Below, one piece after another: positions 52,204 to 62,282 of a stretch of DNA of 64,000 bases (the stretch's first letter is position 1; each line of letters opens with the position of its first letter). The notes beneath the pieces were generated by a model that was not told the DNA's origin, did not search any database, and worked only from the letters and a program-made list of their open reading frames with translations. The position numbers and the translations under genes were made by a program. The DNA is from an uncultured delta proteobacterium (GTDB lineage Bacteria; Desulfobacterota; Binatia; UBA9968), in NCBI GenBank assembly GCA_963745835.1, contig CAVUZH010000020.1:96001-160000 (forward strand). The letters run 5' to 3'.

Positions 52204-53288
52204 AACCACGGCTTGACCGCACGCACGGCGGCGACATTGATGCTGCGGCACGAAGCGTCGGCACCGAACCTAAAGAAATCATCGATTTCAGCGCCAGCAT
52301 CAATCCGCTAGGGCCGCCGCCGTCAGCGCGCAAGGCATTTATCAATAGCTATGGCGAAATCTCGCGTTATCCTGATCCCTACGGAGAAAAGCTCAGAGAA
52401 GCTCTGGCCAAGCGCCATGGAATGAAAACCGCTGAAGTGCTGGTCGGCAACGGATCGACGCAACTCCTCTATGTGTTGTGCGCGGCTCTACGGCCGCGTA
52501 CGGCATTGGTCATTGGCCCGGCATTTTCCGAATACGCCAATGCTCTGGCGCTCGCAGGGTCGAACATTCGCTCGCTTTCTCTTAGCGTGGGCGACGGTTT
52601 CCAATTCTCGACGGAAAGACTGATGGCGGCATGGGAAAAGAACTGCGACCTGCTCGTTCTCACAACGCCCAACAGTCTGACCGGTCGGTTAATTCCAAAA
52701 AAAGAAATAGAAAACATCGCTCGGCTCGCTTTGGTCAGAAAGAGTTTTGTAGTCGTGGATGAAGCATTTATCGACTTCGTCGAAGATGAATCGGTCAAGA
52801 TGCTGGTGCAGCACAATCCGTTTGTGATCGTGCTGCGATCGCTGACGAAATATTACGCGCTGCCCGGCCTTCGCCTCGGCTATCTCATCGGCCAAGCCCG
52901 CAGAGTGGCACAGCTGGCCGCCTTTCGGGAACCCTGGTCAGTCAATGGCCCGGCGATGAGCGTGGCGCTGGCCTGTCTGGCGGATGCAGGGTTTACGGCA
53001 AAGACGGAGGGCTGGTTAGAACAGGAGAGAACTTTTTTGTTCCAGGGTCTTATGAAGCTCTATGGATTCCATCCTTTCTCATCGAGAACCAATTTCTTGC
53101 TGGTCAAGATCGAGAAGCATGGTGTCGATGCGCTGGAGCTCCGTTCCTTTCTCTTGCGCAGGAAAATTCTCATTCGCGCATGCAACGGTTTTGCAGAACT
53201 GAGCGGCGGTTTCTTTCGTGTTGCAGTTCGACGCAGAAAAGACAATCGCCGGCTGCTCGGGGCACTGAGCGAATGGACGCATCTGTAA
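52140..53288 (+). CDS. cobD: L-threonine-O-3-phosphate decarboxylase
   Basis: HGG, DFSASINPLG, VDEAFIDF, RSLTKYYALPGLRLGY PLP motif; context. Confidence 0.88.
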   Translation: MPAHGDSLAREFRATVNDARIKPRLDRTHGGDIDAAARSVGTEPKEIIDFSASINPLGPPPSARKAFINSYGEISRYPDPYGEKLREALAKRHGMKTAEVLVGNGSTQLLYVLCAALRPRTALVIGPAFSEYANALALAGSNIRSLSLSVGDGFQFSTERLMAAWEKNCDLLVLTTPNSLTGRLIPKKEIENIARLALVRKSFVVVDEAFIDFVEDESVKMLVQHNPFVIVLRSLTKYYALPGLRLGYLIGQARRVAQLAAFREPWSVNGPAMSVALACLADAGFTAKTEGWLEQERTFLFQGLMKLYGFHPFSSRTNFLLVKIEKHGVDALELRSFLLRRKILIRACNGFAELSGGFFRVAVRRRKDNRRLLGALSEWTHL

Positions 53289-53300
53289 TAAAGTGTTCCC

Positions 53301-53831
53301 ATGGCAACAAACATTGTCTTAATCACCGGCGGCGCGCGCTCGGGAAAAAGCCGTTATGCCGAGCAGCGCGCACGAGAATTGGGACCAAGATTGCTCTATA
53401 TCGCCACCGCAGAAGTCCGGGACAAAGAAATGTGTCAGCGCATCGCGGAACATAAAAGACGACGCGGCAATGACTGGGTGACCATCGAAGAACCGCTGGA
53501 ATTGACCGCAACGCTTTTAGCGCAGCGCACCCGAATGGATTGCGCTCTGGTGGATTGTTTAACCCTTTGGCTCAGCAATCTTCTGCTTGCCTACGAGATG
53601 AAATATGCGCGGGAAAAAGTCGAACGACTTGTCGAGACCACGAGGCAGTTGGACTTCCATCTTATGTTGGTGACCAATGAGGTCGGCTGGGGCATCGTGC
53701 CAGATAATTCGCTGGCGCGCCAATTTCGCGATCTATCAGGCTGGGCCAACCAACGGATGGCTACAGTAGCAAACGAAGTCGTTCTTATGGTTGCCGGCAT
53801 TCCCATGATCGTCAAGAAAACAACCCTATGA
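53301..53831 (+). CDS. cobU: Adenosylcobinamide kinase/phosphate guanylyltransferase
   Basis: GGARSGKS, RI..H..RR, DCLTLWLSN, NEVG.GIVP, FRD..G. Confidence 0.96.
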   Translation: MATNIVLITGGARSGKSRYAEQRARELGPRLLYIATAEVRDKEMCQRIAEHKRRRGNDWVTIEEPLELTATLLAQRTRMDCALVDCLTLWLSNLLLAYEMKYAREKVERLVETTRQLDFHLMLVTNEVGWGIVPDNSLARQFRDLSGWANQRMATVANEVVLMVAGIPMIVKKTTL

Positions 53832-54883
53832 CCTTGGCCGAGACGCTCAAAGAAATCCGCCCGCTTGATCGTTCGATTGAAAGCGTCGCGCAGGAGCGCC
53901 TCGACTCTCTGACCAAGCCACAGGGAAGTCTGGGAGAATTAGAAGTGCTAGCGCGCCGGATCGCGGTTATTCAGGGCAGAGTTCCGCCGAGGCTAGGGCG
54001 CAAAATGCTTTTTGTTTTTGCCGCAGACCACGGCATCACACACGAAGGCGTGAGCGCTTATCCCAGAGAAGTCACGGCGCAAATGACGTACAACTTCCTT
54101 CGCGGTGGCGCCGCAATCAACGTTTTGGCGCGCCATCACGGCGTCGAGACCGAGATCGTGGATGTCGGCGTCGATCATGACTTCACCGGATCCCTGGGCT
54201 TACGCCACCATAAAATTCGGCGCGGTACGGCCAACTTCGCCCGCGGACCCGCGATGACTCACGGCGAGGCGGAACGGGCACTGGAGTTAGGTATTCATCT
54301 CGCCGGCGAAGTCGCCCGGGAAAATGTCTTTGTTCTGAGCGCCGGCGATATGGGAATCGGCAATACCAGCAGCGCCGCAGCCATTCTTTGCGCAATCACC
54401 GGCGCTGCCCCGGCCAATGTGGTCGGCAGGGGCACGGGAATCGACGATACAACTCTAGAAAGAAAAATTGCCGCCATCGAGAGAGGTTTGGAAACAAATA
54501 GGCCCGACGTCCATGATGCCCTTGATGTTCTCGCCAAAATCGGCGGCTTAGAAATCAGCGCCATGACGGGAATGATTTTAGGCGCAGCGGCGTTGCGCAT
54601 ACCTACGGTCTTGGATGGTTTTGTAGCGGGAGCCGCTGCGCTTCTCGCGCAAAGATTTTCTCCGCATGTGCCAGATATCCTCATCGCATCCCACCTTTCA
54701 GCCGAAAAAGGCCATCGGCAGATGCTCGAACAGCTCGAGCTGAAACCTATCTTCGATCTGAAGCTGCGCCTTGGCGAGGGTACCGGCGCCTGTATCCTTA
54801 TGGGTTTGATTGAAGCCGCGGTAAAGATCATGGGCGAGATGGCTACCTTCAAGTCTGCCGGCGTGGAAGAAAGCTTCGCGTGA
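53828..54883 (+). CDS. cobT: Nicotinate-nucleotide--dimethylbenzimidazole phosphoribosyltransferase
   Basis: LTKPQGSLG, AADHG, GDMGIGNT, LRLGEGTGA. Confidence 0.96.
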   Translation: MTLAETLKEIRPLDRSIESVAQERLDSLTKPQGSLGELEVLARRIAVIQGRVPPRLGRKMLFVFAADHGITHEGVSAYPREVTAQMTYNFLRGGAAINVLARHHGVETEIVDVGVDHDFTGSLGLRHHKIRRGTANFARGPAMTHGEAERALELGIHLAGEVARENVFVLSAGDMGIGNTSSAAAILCAITGAAPANVVGRGTGIDDTTLERKIAAIERGLETNRPDVHDALDVLAKIGGLEISAMTGMILGAAALRIPTVLDGFVAGAAALLAQRFSPHVPDILIASHLSAEKGHRQMLEQLELKPIFDLKLRLGEGTGACILMGLIEAAVKIMGEMATFKSAGVEESFA

Positions 54884-55611
54884 GTTCGTTTTTCGCCGCG
54901 CTGCAATTTTTGACTCTCTTCCCATGGCCCAAGCGCATCGAGCGCTGCGCCGATGAGATCGGACAATCCGCTATTTTCTTTCCCGTTGTCGGTTTCTTGT
55001 TGGGCTCAATTTTGGTGGTGGCGAACTTCCTGCTCGAGCCGTTTGCAAGCGCGATCCTCGTCAGCGTGGTTCTGGTGACCCTCATGGCGCTGCTGACACG
55101 GGGACTTCATCTGGACGGCCTCGGCGACACTTTTGACGGCTTGGGTGGCGGCGGCGATCGCGAACGCATGCTCAGGATCATGGACGACAGTCACACCGGC
55201 GCTTTCGGACTCATCGCCATCGTGTTGGTTCTATTTTTTAAGATCCATGCCATCGAAAGCCTCGAAGTCGAACGATGGCGCGCACTGCTCGCGACACCGG
55301 TTCTGGGCCGCTGGGCAATGATCCTCCTGGGCTATCGTTCTGACGCGGCAAAACAGGGACTGGGCGCGACATTGATCGATCACCTATCGGCCAAGCAATT
55401 TCTTTGGGCTACTTTGATAAGCGTGCTTTTAGTTGCCGCGATCTTGCACGGCGTCGGAATAGCGATGATGGCCTGGGTTGCGCTCTTTACGATAGCAAGC
55501 AAAATCTATTTTCACCGCCGGCTGGGCGGCGTGAGCGGCGATACGTTTGGCGCCGTTGGAGAATTGAGCGAGACGTCTGTCCTATTCTTTCTAGCTCTGG
55601 GATTGAGATGA
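54880..55611 (+). CDS. cobS: Adenosylcobinamide-GDP ribazoletransferase (cobamide synthase)
   Basis: LHLDGLGDTFDG, LRIMDDSHTGAFG, LGGVSGDTFGA..E. Confidence 0.95.
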   Translation: MSSFFAALQFLTLFPWPKRIERCADEIGQSAIFFPVVGFLLGSILVVANFLLEPFASAILVSVVLVTLMALLTRGLHLDGLGDTFDGLGGGGDRERMLRIMDDSHTGAFGLIAIVLVLFFKIHAIESLEVERWRALLATPVLGRWAMILLGYRSDAAKQGLGATLIDHLSAKQFLWATLISVLLVAAILHGVGIAMMAWVALFTIASKIYFHRRLGGVSGDTFGAVGELSETSVLFFLALGLR

Positions 55612-56522
55612 ATTGTTGTCCACGAATACTGGCTGTCTCTTTTTTTTGCGCGTTCTTACTAATCTGGTGCGGGCTCGTTCCATTAGCTGGGGCAGCGGAG
55701 CGCCAACCGCAAAAAATCGTTTCCCTCGCACCAAGCGTTACCGAAACGCTCTTTGCGCTCGGCTTCGGCCCTCAAGTCGTTGGCGTTACGACCTATTGCG
55801 ATTATCCCGTCGAAGCGCGGAAAGTTCCCAAAATCGGCGGTTTCATGAGCCCCAGTATTGAAGCCATCATTTCGAAGCGTCCGGATTTCGTGATCGGCGT
55901 CAGCAGCGCTACGGACCCGACTAAGGCTAGAGAGCTGGAACGCTTGGGTTTTAAAGTTACGCTGATTTCGCTGGCGAGTTTGAACGATATCCTGACTTCG
56001 ATCAAGGACATAGCTCGGGTGTTGGGACGTGCGGAGGCGGGGGCGAAGCTCGTAAATGAAATCACCCGTCAAATTGATGAAACCAAGAGTCGAGTTGCAC
56101 CCGCGCCGCGTCGCTCCACACTTTTGGCAGTAGGGCTCCAGCCGCTGGTCGCAGTCGGAGGTAAAAACTATATCGACGAGCTGATTACTTTGGCCGGCGG
56201 TGAAAATATCGCTGGCAATGCGGCGCAACCCTGGCTCAATTTACCCGACGAATATGTAGTAGGCAAAGCGCCGCAGGTTATTATCCAAGCCGGTATGGGA
56301 TCGGAGCGGGGGGCATCGATCAAGAACTGGCGAGATCTGAAATCCATTCCCGCAGTGAGAGATGGGCGCGTCTACTCCTATCAATCCGATAAAATTCTCC
56401 GCCCCGGCCCGCGCGTCGGCGAGGGATTGCGAGAAATCGCCCGCCTGGTGCATCCGGAATGTTTCGCGAAATCCGAGCGCGGCCCAAATAGTGAGAGCAG
56501 ATGTGAAAGTTCTCGACCGTAG
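55608..56522 (+). CDS. btuF: Cobalamin ABC substrate-binding protein
   Basis: IVSLAPSVTETLFALG, VGVTTYCDYP, RPGPR. Confidence 0.88.
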   Translation: MNCCPRILAVSFFCAFLLIWCGLVPLAGAAERQPQKIVSLAPSVTETLFALGFGPQVVGVTTYCDYPVEARKVPKIGGFMSPSIEAIISKRPDFVIGVSSATDPTKARELERLGFKVTLISLASLNDILTSIKDIARVLGRAEAGAKLVNEITRQIDETKSRVAPAPRRSTLLAVGLQPLVAVGGKNYIDELITLAGGENIAGNAAQPWLNLPDEYVVGKAPQVIIQAGMGSERGASIKNWRDLKSIPAVRDGRVYSYQSDKILRPGPRVGEGLREIARLVHPECFAKSERGPNSESRCESSRP

Positions 56523-57540
56523 AAAAATGATTTGGGTTAACGGCGTGCTGCTGGCTCTGCTGGCACTCTCCGTCGTTGGCTGCACGTTATTTGGCCCGGT
56601 TCGCGTAAACCTAGCGAACGTTTGGAGTAACCTGTTTTCGGCCAATCCGGATGCTCAGATAGTTTTTCGCGCACGGCTTCCACGCGTTCTTCTGGGAGTC
56701 GCCATCGGCGGCGGCATGGCGGCCTGCGGCGTCGTCCTTCAAGCGCTGCTCGGCAATCCGCTAGCGTGTCCGCAGATGCTCGGAGTTTCCGGCGGCGCTT
56801 CTTTGGGCGGCATCTTGGGTTTGATCTTTTTTCCTTACTGGCTCGTGCCTATCGGCGGAGGTCTTTTTGGTGAAATCTCTTGGGTGCCACTGGCGGCGTT
56901 TCTCGGCGCGCTCATGAGCATGGTATTGGTTTATCGTTTCTCACTATTCCACGGCCGTCTTCATCCGTATCACTTGCTGCTCTCCGGGGTGATTTTCAAC
57001 TCGTTCATCGCAGCCGTCATTATGTTCCTGAACTCCATAGTCGATTTTTATCAGGCCCAAGGGCTTCTCTTCTGGCTGATGGGTAGCCTGTCGACACGCA
57101 CATATATGACCGTCGCTTTCATCTGGGCCTACATCATTTGTGGTTTTCTCTGGCTATGGGCAAAAGGCGTTTCACTCAACCTCATCACTCTCGGAGAAGT
57201 GACAGCAATGCAATTGGGCGTAGAAACCAAATCTCTCCAGCGGCAGATTTTTGTTGCTTCATCGTTGATGATCGGCGCCATGGTTTCGGTAAGCGGCATG
57301 ATCGGCTTTGTCGGGCTGATGATCCCGCACGTGATGCGCCTGATGGTCGGCAGCGATCACCGCCTGCTTTTGCCGGCCTCGTTTCTCGCCGGCGGAATCT
57401 TCCTGTGTTGGGCGGACACTGTCGCGCGCGTGCTGCTCGCGCCGGCGGAGTTGCCAGTGGGAATCATAACCGCGTTCTTTGGTGGTCCATTCTTTTTGTT
57501 TTTGCTCTACCGGGAGGGCAGAAGAAAGCTGGCTTTATGA
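56503..57540 (+). CDS. btuC: Cobalamin ABC permease (FecCD family)
   Basis: RLPR, QALLGNPLA.P..LGVS.GA, WLMGSL, IGFVGL..PH, ELPVG. Confidence 0.88.
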   Translation: MKVLDRRKMIWVNGVLLALLALSVVGCTLFGPVRVNLANVWSNLFSANPDAQIVFRARLPRVLLGVAIGGGMAACGVVLQALLGNPLACPQMLGVSGGASLGGILGLIFFPYWLVPIGGGLFGEISWVPLAAFLGALMSMVLVYRFSLFHGRLHPYHLLLSGVIFNSFIAAVIMFLNSIVDFYQAQGLLFWLMGSLSTRTYMTVAFIWAYIICGFLWLWAKGVSLNLITLGEVTAMQLGVETKSLQRQIFVASSLMIGAMVSVSGMIGFVGLMIPHVMRLMVGSDHRLLLPASFLAGGIFLCWADTVARVLLAPAELPVGIITAFFGGPFFLFLLYREGRRKLAL

Positions 57541-58325
57541 CGCTGGCGATTGAGTGCCGTAAGCTCTCGTTCGCTTACAAAGATCGGTCAGTGCTTTTTA
57601 GCATCTCATTGTCGGTTGCGAGAGGCGAAATCGTCGGCATTCTTGGTCCCAACGGCTCGGGGAAAACGACTCTCCTGAAGATTTTTTCCGGGATTCTGAG
57701 CGGGCGAGGAGAGATTAAGTTAACTGGCAAAGATATTGCCCGTTACGGCAGGCGATCGTTGAGCAAGATTTTTGCCATTGTGCCGCAAGAAAACCGAGTC
57801 AATTTTCCGTACACGGTAGCGGAAATCGTCTTAATGGGACGAGCCAGCTATCACCGCGCGTTTGCGCTCGAGGGCAAAGAAGACCTCGACGTCGCCCGTG
57901 CAAGCATGGAGCTCACGGATTCGCTCTTCCTCTCCGATCGCTATTTCCACGAACTGAGCGGTGGCGAAAAACAACGGGTGATGATCGCGCGCGCGCTTGC
58001 GCAACAGCCGGAAATATTACTCCTGGATGAGCCCTCTGCATTTCTCGACCTGAAGCATCAAATCCAGATCTTCGAGCTTCTGCGGCGACTCAATTCAGAG
58101 CGCGGGCTGACCATCGTTGCCGCGCTGCATGATCTCAATCTCGCGGCGCTGTTCTTTCCCCGCCTGATCATTCTCGACAAAGGAAAAATTCACTGCGACG
58201 GATCGCCAGCGGAAGTTTTGACGGAACGAACGATCGAAGAAGTTTATGATATTCGAGTTCGAATCGAACGCGATCTTTCCGGCAAAAAACCTCGTCTGTT
58301 CATTTCCCCTTGGTTAAAGGAGTAA
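57537..58325 (+). CDS. btuD: Cobalamin ABC ATPase
   Basis: GPNGSGKT, LSGGEKQR, LLLDEP, LHDLNLA. Confidence 0.88.
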   Translation: MTLAIECRKLSFAYKDRSVLFSISLSVARGEIVGILGPNGSGKTTLLKIFSGILSGRGEIKLTGKDIARYGRRSLSKIFAIVPQENRVNFPYTVAEIVLMGRASYHRAFALEGKEDLDVARASMELTDSLFLSDRYFHELSGGEKQRVMIARALAQQPEILLLDEPSAFLDLKHQIQIFELLRRLNSERGLTIVAALHDLNLAALFFPRLIILDKGKIHCDGSPAEVLTERTIEEVYDIRVRIERDLSGKKPRLFISPWLKE

Positions 58326-58331
58326 TCTGGC

Positions 58332-59483
58332 TTATCGGTTGGCAGTTCTATATCCCAACGCGTCTTGAGCGATGATCATCTTCTGCACGTTCGAGGAGCC
58401 TTCGACGATTTGATAGGACTTGGCATCTCTATAGTAACGCTCAACCGGGAATTCGGTGGAATAGCCGTAAGCGCCTAGGATCTTCATAGCCGCATCGACG
58501 GCAAATGCCGCAGCTTCTGCCGCGGTGTATTTTCCAATCGAAGTTTCGAGATTGTTGGGCTTTTTTTGGTCGGCAAGCCACGCCGCGCGGTACACGAGCA
58601 GGCGCGCCGCGTCTTCATGCACCACCATCTGTGCGATCAGGTCCTGGTTCATTTGAAACTCGCCGATCTTTTGGCCGAACTGAGTGCGCTCTTTTGCATA
58701 ATTAATCGCGGCTTCTTTGGCGGCGCGGGCGAGACCCAACGCGCCGGCAGCGCAGTTGAGCCGGGTCTGATTTAATTGCCACATGCAGATCTTAAAGCCG
58801 TCTCCTTCATCACCGAGACGATTGTTTACAGGCAGGCGAAAATTTTCGAAGGTAAGCTCCCCCAGGGGTGAACAATGGGCGCCCATGGTTTCGAGCGGTT
58901 TTCGAGTCACGCCCGGCAGGCGCAGATCGGCATAGAAGGCAGTCATGCCGCGATGTTTTTTTGAACGGTCGGTATACGTGTAGAGCAGACCGCCATCGGC
59001 CACCGGCCCGTTGGAGATCCACAGTTTGGTGCCGTTGATCGCATAGTGATCGCCGTCCCGTGTCGCCGTCGTGCGCATCGCCGCCACATCCGATCCGGCG
59101 TCAGGTTCGGTGATGGCAAAGCAACCGATGCTGTCCCCTTGCACCAGGGGCGGTATCCACTGCTGCTTCTGCTCTTCGCTAGCGAACTGTAGCAACGCGA
59201 GCGCCGGACCGATTTGCATATTGATGGCAACTCTCATGGCGCTATGAACGCGGGCAATCTCTTCTGTAATGAGCACCATCGCAAGAAACCCCATGCCATT
59301 GCCACCGTATTTTTCCGGGATCACGCTACCGTAAAATCCGAGTTCGCCCATCTTCTTTACCAGGTCACCTCTAAAAGCATGCTCTCGATCGTCCTTGGCC
59401 GCTGTCGGCGCCACTTCCTTTTCAGCGAACTCCCGCGCCAGATCGCGTACCGCAACTAAGTCATCCGTTAACTCAAAATCCAT
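58332..59483 (-). CDS. Acyl-CoA dehydrogenase (possibly glutaryl-CoA dehydrogenase-like)
   Basis: CFAITEPDAGSD, NGTKLWI, GAYGYS.EFPVERYYRDAK..QIVEGSSN. Confidence 0.9.
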   Translation of the reverse strand: MDFELTDDLVAVRDLAREFAEKEVAPTAAKDDREHAFRGDLVKKMGELGFYGSVIPEKYGGNGMGFLAMVLITEEIARVHSAMRVAINMQIGPALALLQFASEEQKQQWIPPLVQGDSIGCFAITEPDAGSDVAAMRTTATRDGDHYAINGTKLWISNGPVADGGLLYTYTDRSKKHRGMTAFYADLRLPGVTRKPLETMGAHCSPLGELTFENFRLPVNNRLGDEGDGFKICMWQLNQTRLNCAAGALGLARAAKEAAINYAKERTQFGQKIGEFQMNQDLIAQMVVHEDAARLLVYRAAWLADQKKPNNLETSIGKYTAAEAAAFAVDAAMKILGAYGYSTEFPVERYYRDAKSYQIVEGSSNVQKMIIAQDALGYRTANR

Positions 59484-59704
59484 TTTTCCTCCGTTGCGAA
59501 GGCTGATAGCCGTTGGCTGTTGCCGGTTGCCTCCTTATTTCATCAATTCCTTAGGGCAAACACGGCAAAACCGGAGCACCAATTTCTTCGGCTGCCGCTC
59601 CTTAACTTTTAGTGTAACGCGAATTGATCGCAAGTCGCGCCGGTGACCGGAACGGTTTGATCAGTCCGAGCAATCACGGTGGGCTGACCCCATCAACAAA
59701 GCGT

Positions 59705-62164
59705 TTAGGTTTCGGTCGTTAGCGAAGGATCGTGCCGAACTCCGGCTGCGTTGATCTGCCGCTGCCGCTCGGCAAAGTGCGTCAGCTTTTGTTCAACCAA
59801 CGCGTTGATCGATCCCGCTGGAAACTTACCTGCGGTATTGCGTGTCCCGGCGACAACATCGGTCAGCACCTCGATGCCCTGGTCGATGGATTGCACCGCG
59901 TAGATGTGAAACTTTTCCTCTGCCACTGCTTGGACGACATCGGCGCGCAACATCAGATTACGCAAGTTCGATATCGGCACGAGCACGCCTTGGTCTCCGG
60001 TCAAGCCTTTTACCCGGCAGAGATCGTAAAAACCCTCGATCTTACGATTGATGCCGCCGATCGCTTGAATTTCTCCGTTTTGATTAACTGAGCCGGTGAC
60101 GGCGATATTCTGTTTCAACGGGACGCCCGAGAGACTCGAGAGAATTGCATAAAGCTCGGTGGAAGAAGCGCTGTCGCCGTCAACGCCATCGTAAGACTGT
60201 TCAAAGCAGATACTCGCCGAAAGCGACAGGGGTTTTTCCTGAGCATACTTGCCGCCGAGATAGCCGCTCAGGATCAGAACTCCCTTATCGTGGCTTTTGC
60301 CGCTGAGCTTAGCTTCGCGTTCGATATTGACCAGCCCGCCCCGGCCCATGTAAGTCTTCGCGGTAATGCGGGACGGCTTGCCAAAACTGAAATCACCCAT
60401 CTGGTAGACCGCCAAGCCATTGATTTGTCCGACCTCCGATCCCTGGACCTCTACCAGAATCGTTCCGTCGGTGATCAATTCCTGCAGGCGTTTCTCCAAA
60501 AGGTTTAAGCGGAAGGTCTTCTCGAGAATAGCTTGCTCGACGTGCTTGGCTGATACCAGTTCCGCTTTCTCTCTGCCGGCCCAGTATTCCGATTCAATCA
60601 ACAGGTCAACGGTATCGCTAAAACGGGTCGAGAGTTTTTCCTGATCTTCGACCATCCTGACGCAGTGCTCGATCACTCGCGCCACTCCGCTGGTATCGAA
60701 ATGGCGTAAGCCTTCGCGGCTGCAGTAATCGCTGATAAAACAAGCGAACGCGGTGATGTTTTGTTGCGAACGGTCCACTTGAAAGTCAAAGTCCGCTTTG
60801 ACTTTGAACGTCTCGCGGAAATCTGGATCGGTGCTTGCCAAAGCGCGATACAGGTGAGGATCGCCGATAATGATGACTTTGGTATCGGTGGGGATCGGTT
60901 CCGGCCTTAGTCCCTGGGGCGGCGCCCAACCGAAAAACGCTGCCGGCTCTTCGATCCGCAGCTCGCGATTCTTGATCACCCGCAATAGTGCTTCCCAAAC
61001 ACCCGCGTTGGCCAGGACATCACGATCGTAAAGAACAATATAGCCGCCGTTCGCTTTGCTCATAGAGCCGGCTTTAATGAGCGTAAAGTCAGTTATGTAA
61101 CCGCCTACCACCGGCTTTTTCTCAACGACACCAAAAAGATTGTGATAGCTGGGATTGGTCTCGACAATGATCGGCGGACCTTGAACGTCGCTGTTATCGA
61201 CGATGACATTTACCCGATAGGGAAGAAATGGGTCGGTTACGGGTTCCGCCATCTGCACCGGCAGCAACTGTGCCGCGGCGGCATCAGGCTCGGCAGCCTT
61301 GAAGCGATGTAGACTGTTCAAGATGTGATCGCGCACACCATCGAAATAGCGTAACAGCTTTAGATTATCGCTATATTTTTCTCTCAACTCCGCTAGCGGG
61401 ATGGCGACCAGGTATTCGCCAGCTTTTTTTTCCAGCTCTTCAAGTCTTTGGTTGATTTCGTGCTCTACTTTCTTCCCTTCGCGCAAAGTCTCTTCCACCC
61501 TTTTGCCTATTTCAGAGCGCTTATCCTCCAGCGCTTTCTTCTGTTCAGGTGGCAACGCGAGGTAATCAGCCTCTTGCATCGGTTTGCCTTCTTTCGTTGG
61601 CAGCAGCGCAACTCCGGATGGAGTCATCCGCAACGTGAAGCCGTTTTTGTCGGCCTCGGCCATCAACGGCTCCATCAGGCCTTGTTGCTTTCTCTGCAGC
61701 TCTTCCACGAGTGACTGGCGATCACGTGCGAATTCGTCCCCTTCAAACACTCTTCTGCCTTCCCGTTGCAGATATTGAATCAGCTGTTCCATGTCGGATT
61801 TCAGGACCTTTCCCCAGCCTCGACGCATCTTGATAAACTGCGGGCGATCCGGATCGGTAAAATTGTAAACATAGCACCAGTCCGCAGGCGATTCGGCATC
61901 AGCCTGAACCGGAGCGCGTTCGGCGGTTGCTTTCTTGAGAAAGGCTTTGACGATGCTGGTTTTTCCGGTTCCGGTTAGCCCGGTAACAAAAATATTGAAG
62001 CCGGGTTTATTGACGCCGAGGCCGAATTGGATCGCGCGAATCGCCCGATCCTGACCGATAAAGTCCTCCAGCGGCGTCATCTCCGCCGTGCACGTGAAGG
62101 GTAGATAGGATAAATCGCAACGCCAGGACAGCTTGTCTGGCGGAACTTCAAATTTACGCGCCAT
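59705..62164 (-). CDS. Lon-like (LonB/LonC-type) S16 protease
   Basis: IGQDRA, GLTGTGKT, coiled-coil insert, GQINGL, DGDSAS (Ser), KIEGF (Lys). Confidence 0.92.
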   Translation of the reverse strand: MARKFEVPPDKLSWRCDLSYLPFTCTAEMTPLEDFIGQDRAIRAIQFGLGVNKPGFNIFVTGLTGTGKTSIVKAFLKKATAERAPVQADAESPADWCYVYNFTDPDRPQFIKMRRGWGKVLKSDMEQLIQYLQREGRRVFEGDEFARDRQSLVEELQRKQQGLMEPLMAEADKNGFTLRMTPSGVALLPTKEGKPMQEADYLALPPEQKKALEDKRSEIGKRVEETLREGKKVEHEINQRLEELEKKAGEYLVAIPLAELREKYSDNLKLLRYFDGVRDHILNSLHRFKAAEPDAAAAQLLPVQMAEPVTDPFLPYRVNVIVDNSDVQGPPIIVETNPSYHNLFGVVEKKPVVGGYITDFTLIKAGSMSKANGGYIVLYDRDVLANAGVWEALLRVIKNRELRIEEPAAFFGWAPPQGLRPEPIPTDTKVIIIGDPHLYRALASTDPDFRETFKVKADFDFQVDRSQQNITAFACFISDYCSREGLRHFDTSGVARVIEHCVRMVEDQEKLSTRFSDTVDLLIESEYWAGREKAELVSAKHVEQAILEKTFRLNLLEKRLQELITDGTILVEVQGSEVGQINGLAVYQMGDFSFGKPSRITAKTYMGRGGLVNIEREAKLSGKSHDKGVLILSGYLGGKYAQEKPLSLSASICFEQSYDGVDGDSASSTELYAILSSLSGVPLKQNIAVTGSVNQNGEIQAIGGINRKIEGFYDLCRVKGLTGDQGVLVPISNLRNLMLRADVVQAVAEEKFHIYAVQSIDQGIEVLTDVVAGTRNTAGKFPAGSINALVEQKLTHFAERQRQINAAGVRHDPSLTTET

Positions 62165-62247
62165 GAAAATACCTCGAGTTGGTCGAGTCAGAATATGGGG
62201 TCCATGAGAAAGCGTCAACCTGCTCAGCGTTTGCTGGAGCAACGCGG

Positions 62248-62276
62248 TTGAACCGTCTCCGGCGCCTCACTATAAT
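62248..62276 (+). promoter_or_regulatory. Sigma70 promoter, probably leaderless, for the M48 peptidase
   Basis: TTGAAC-17 nt-TATAAT, 6 nt before GTG 62283. Confidence 0.55.
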
Positions 62277-62282
62277 CTTCGA

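Noticed and set aside
59500-59532. Short 7-nt-period run GCTGATA-GCCGTTG-GCTGTTG-CCGGTTG
   Set aside because: Too short and degenerate to separate from chance
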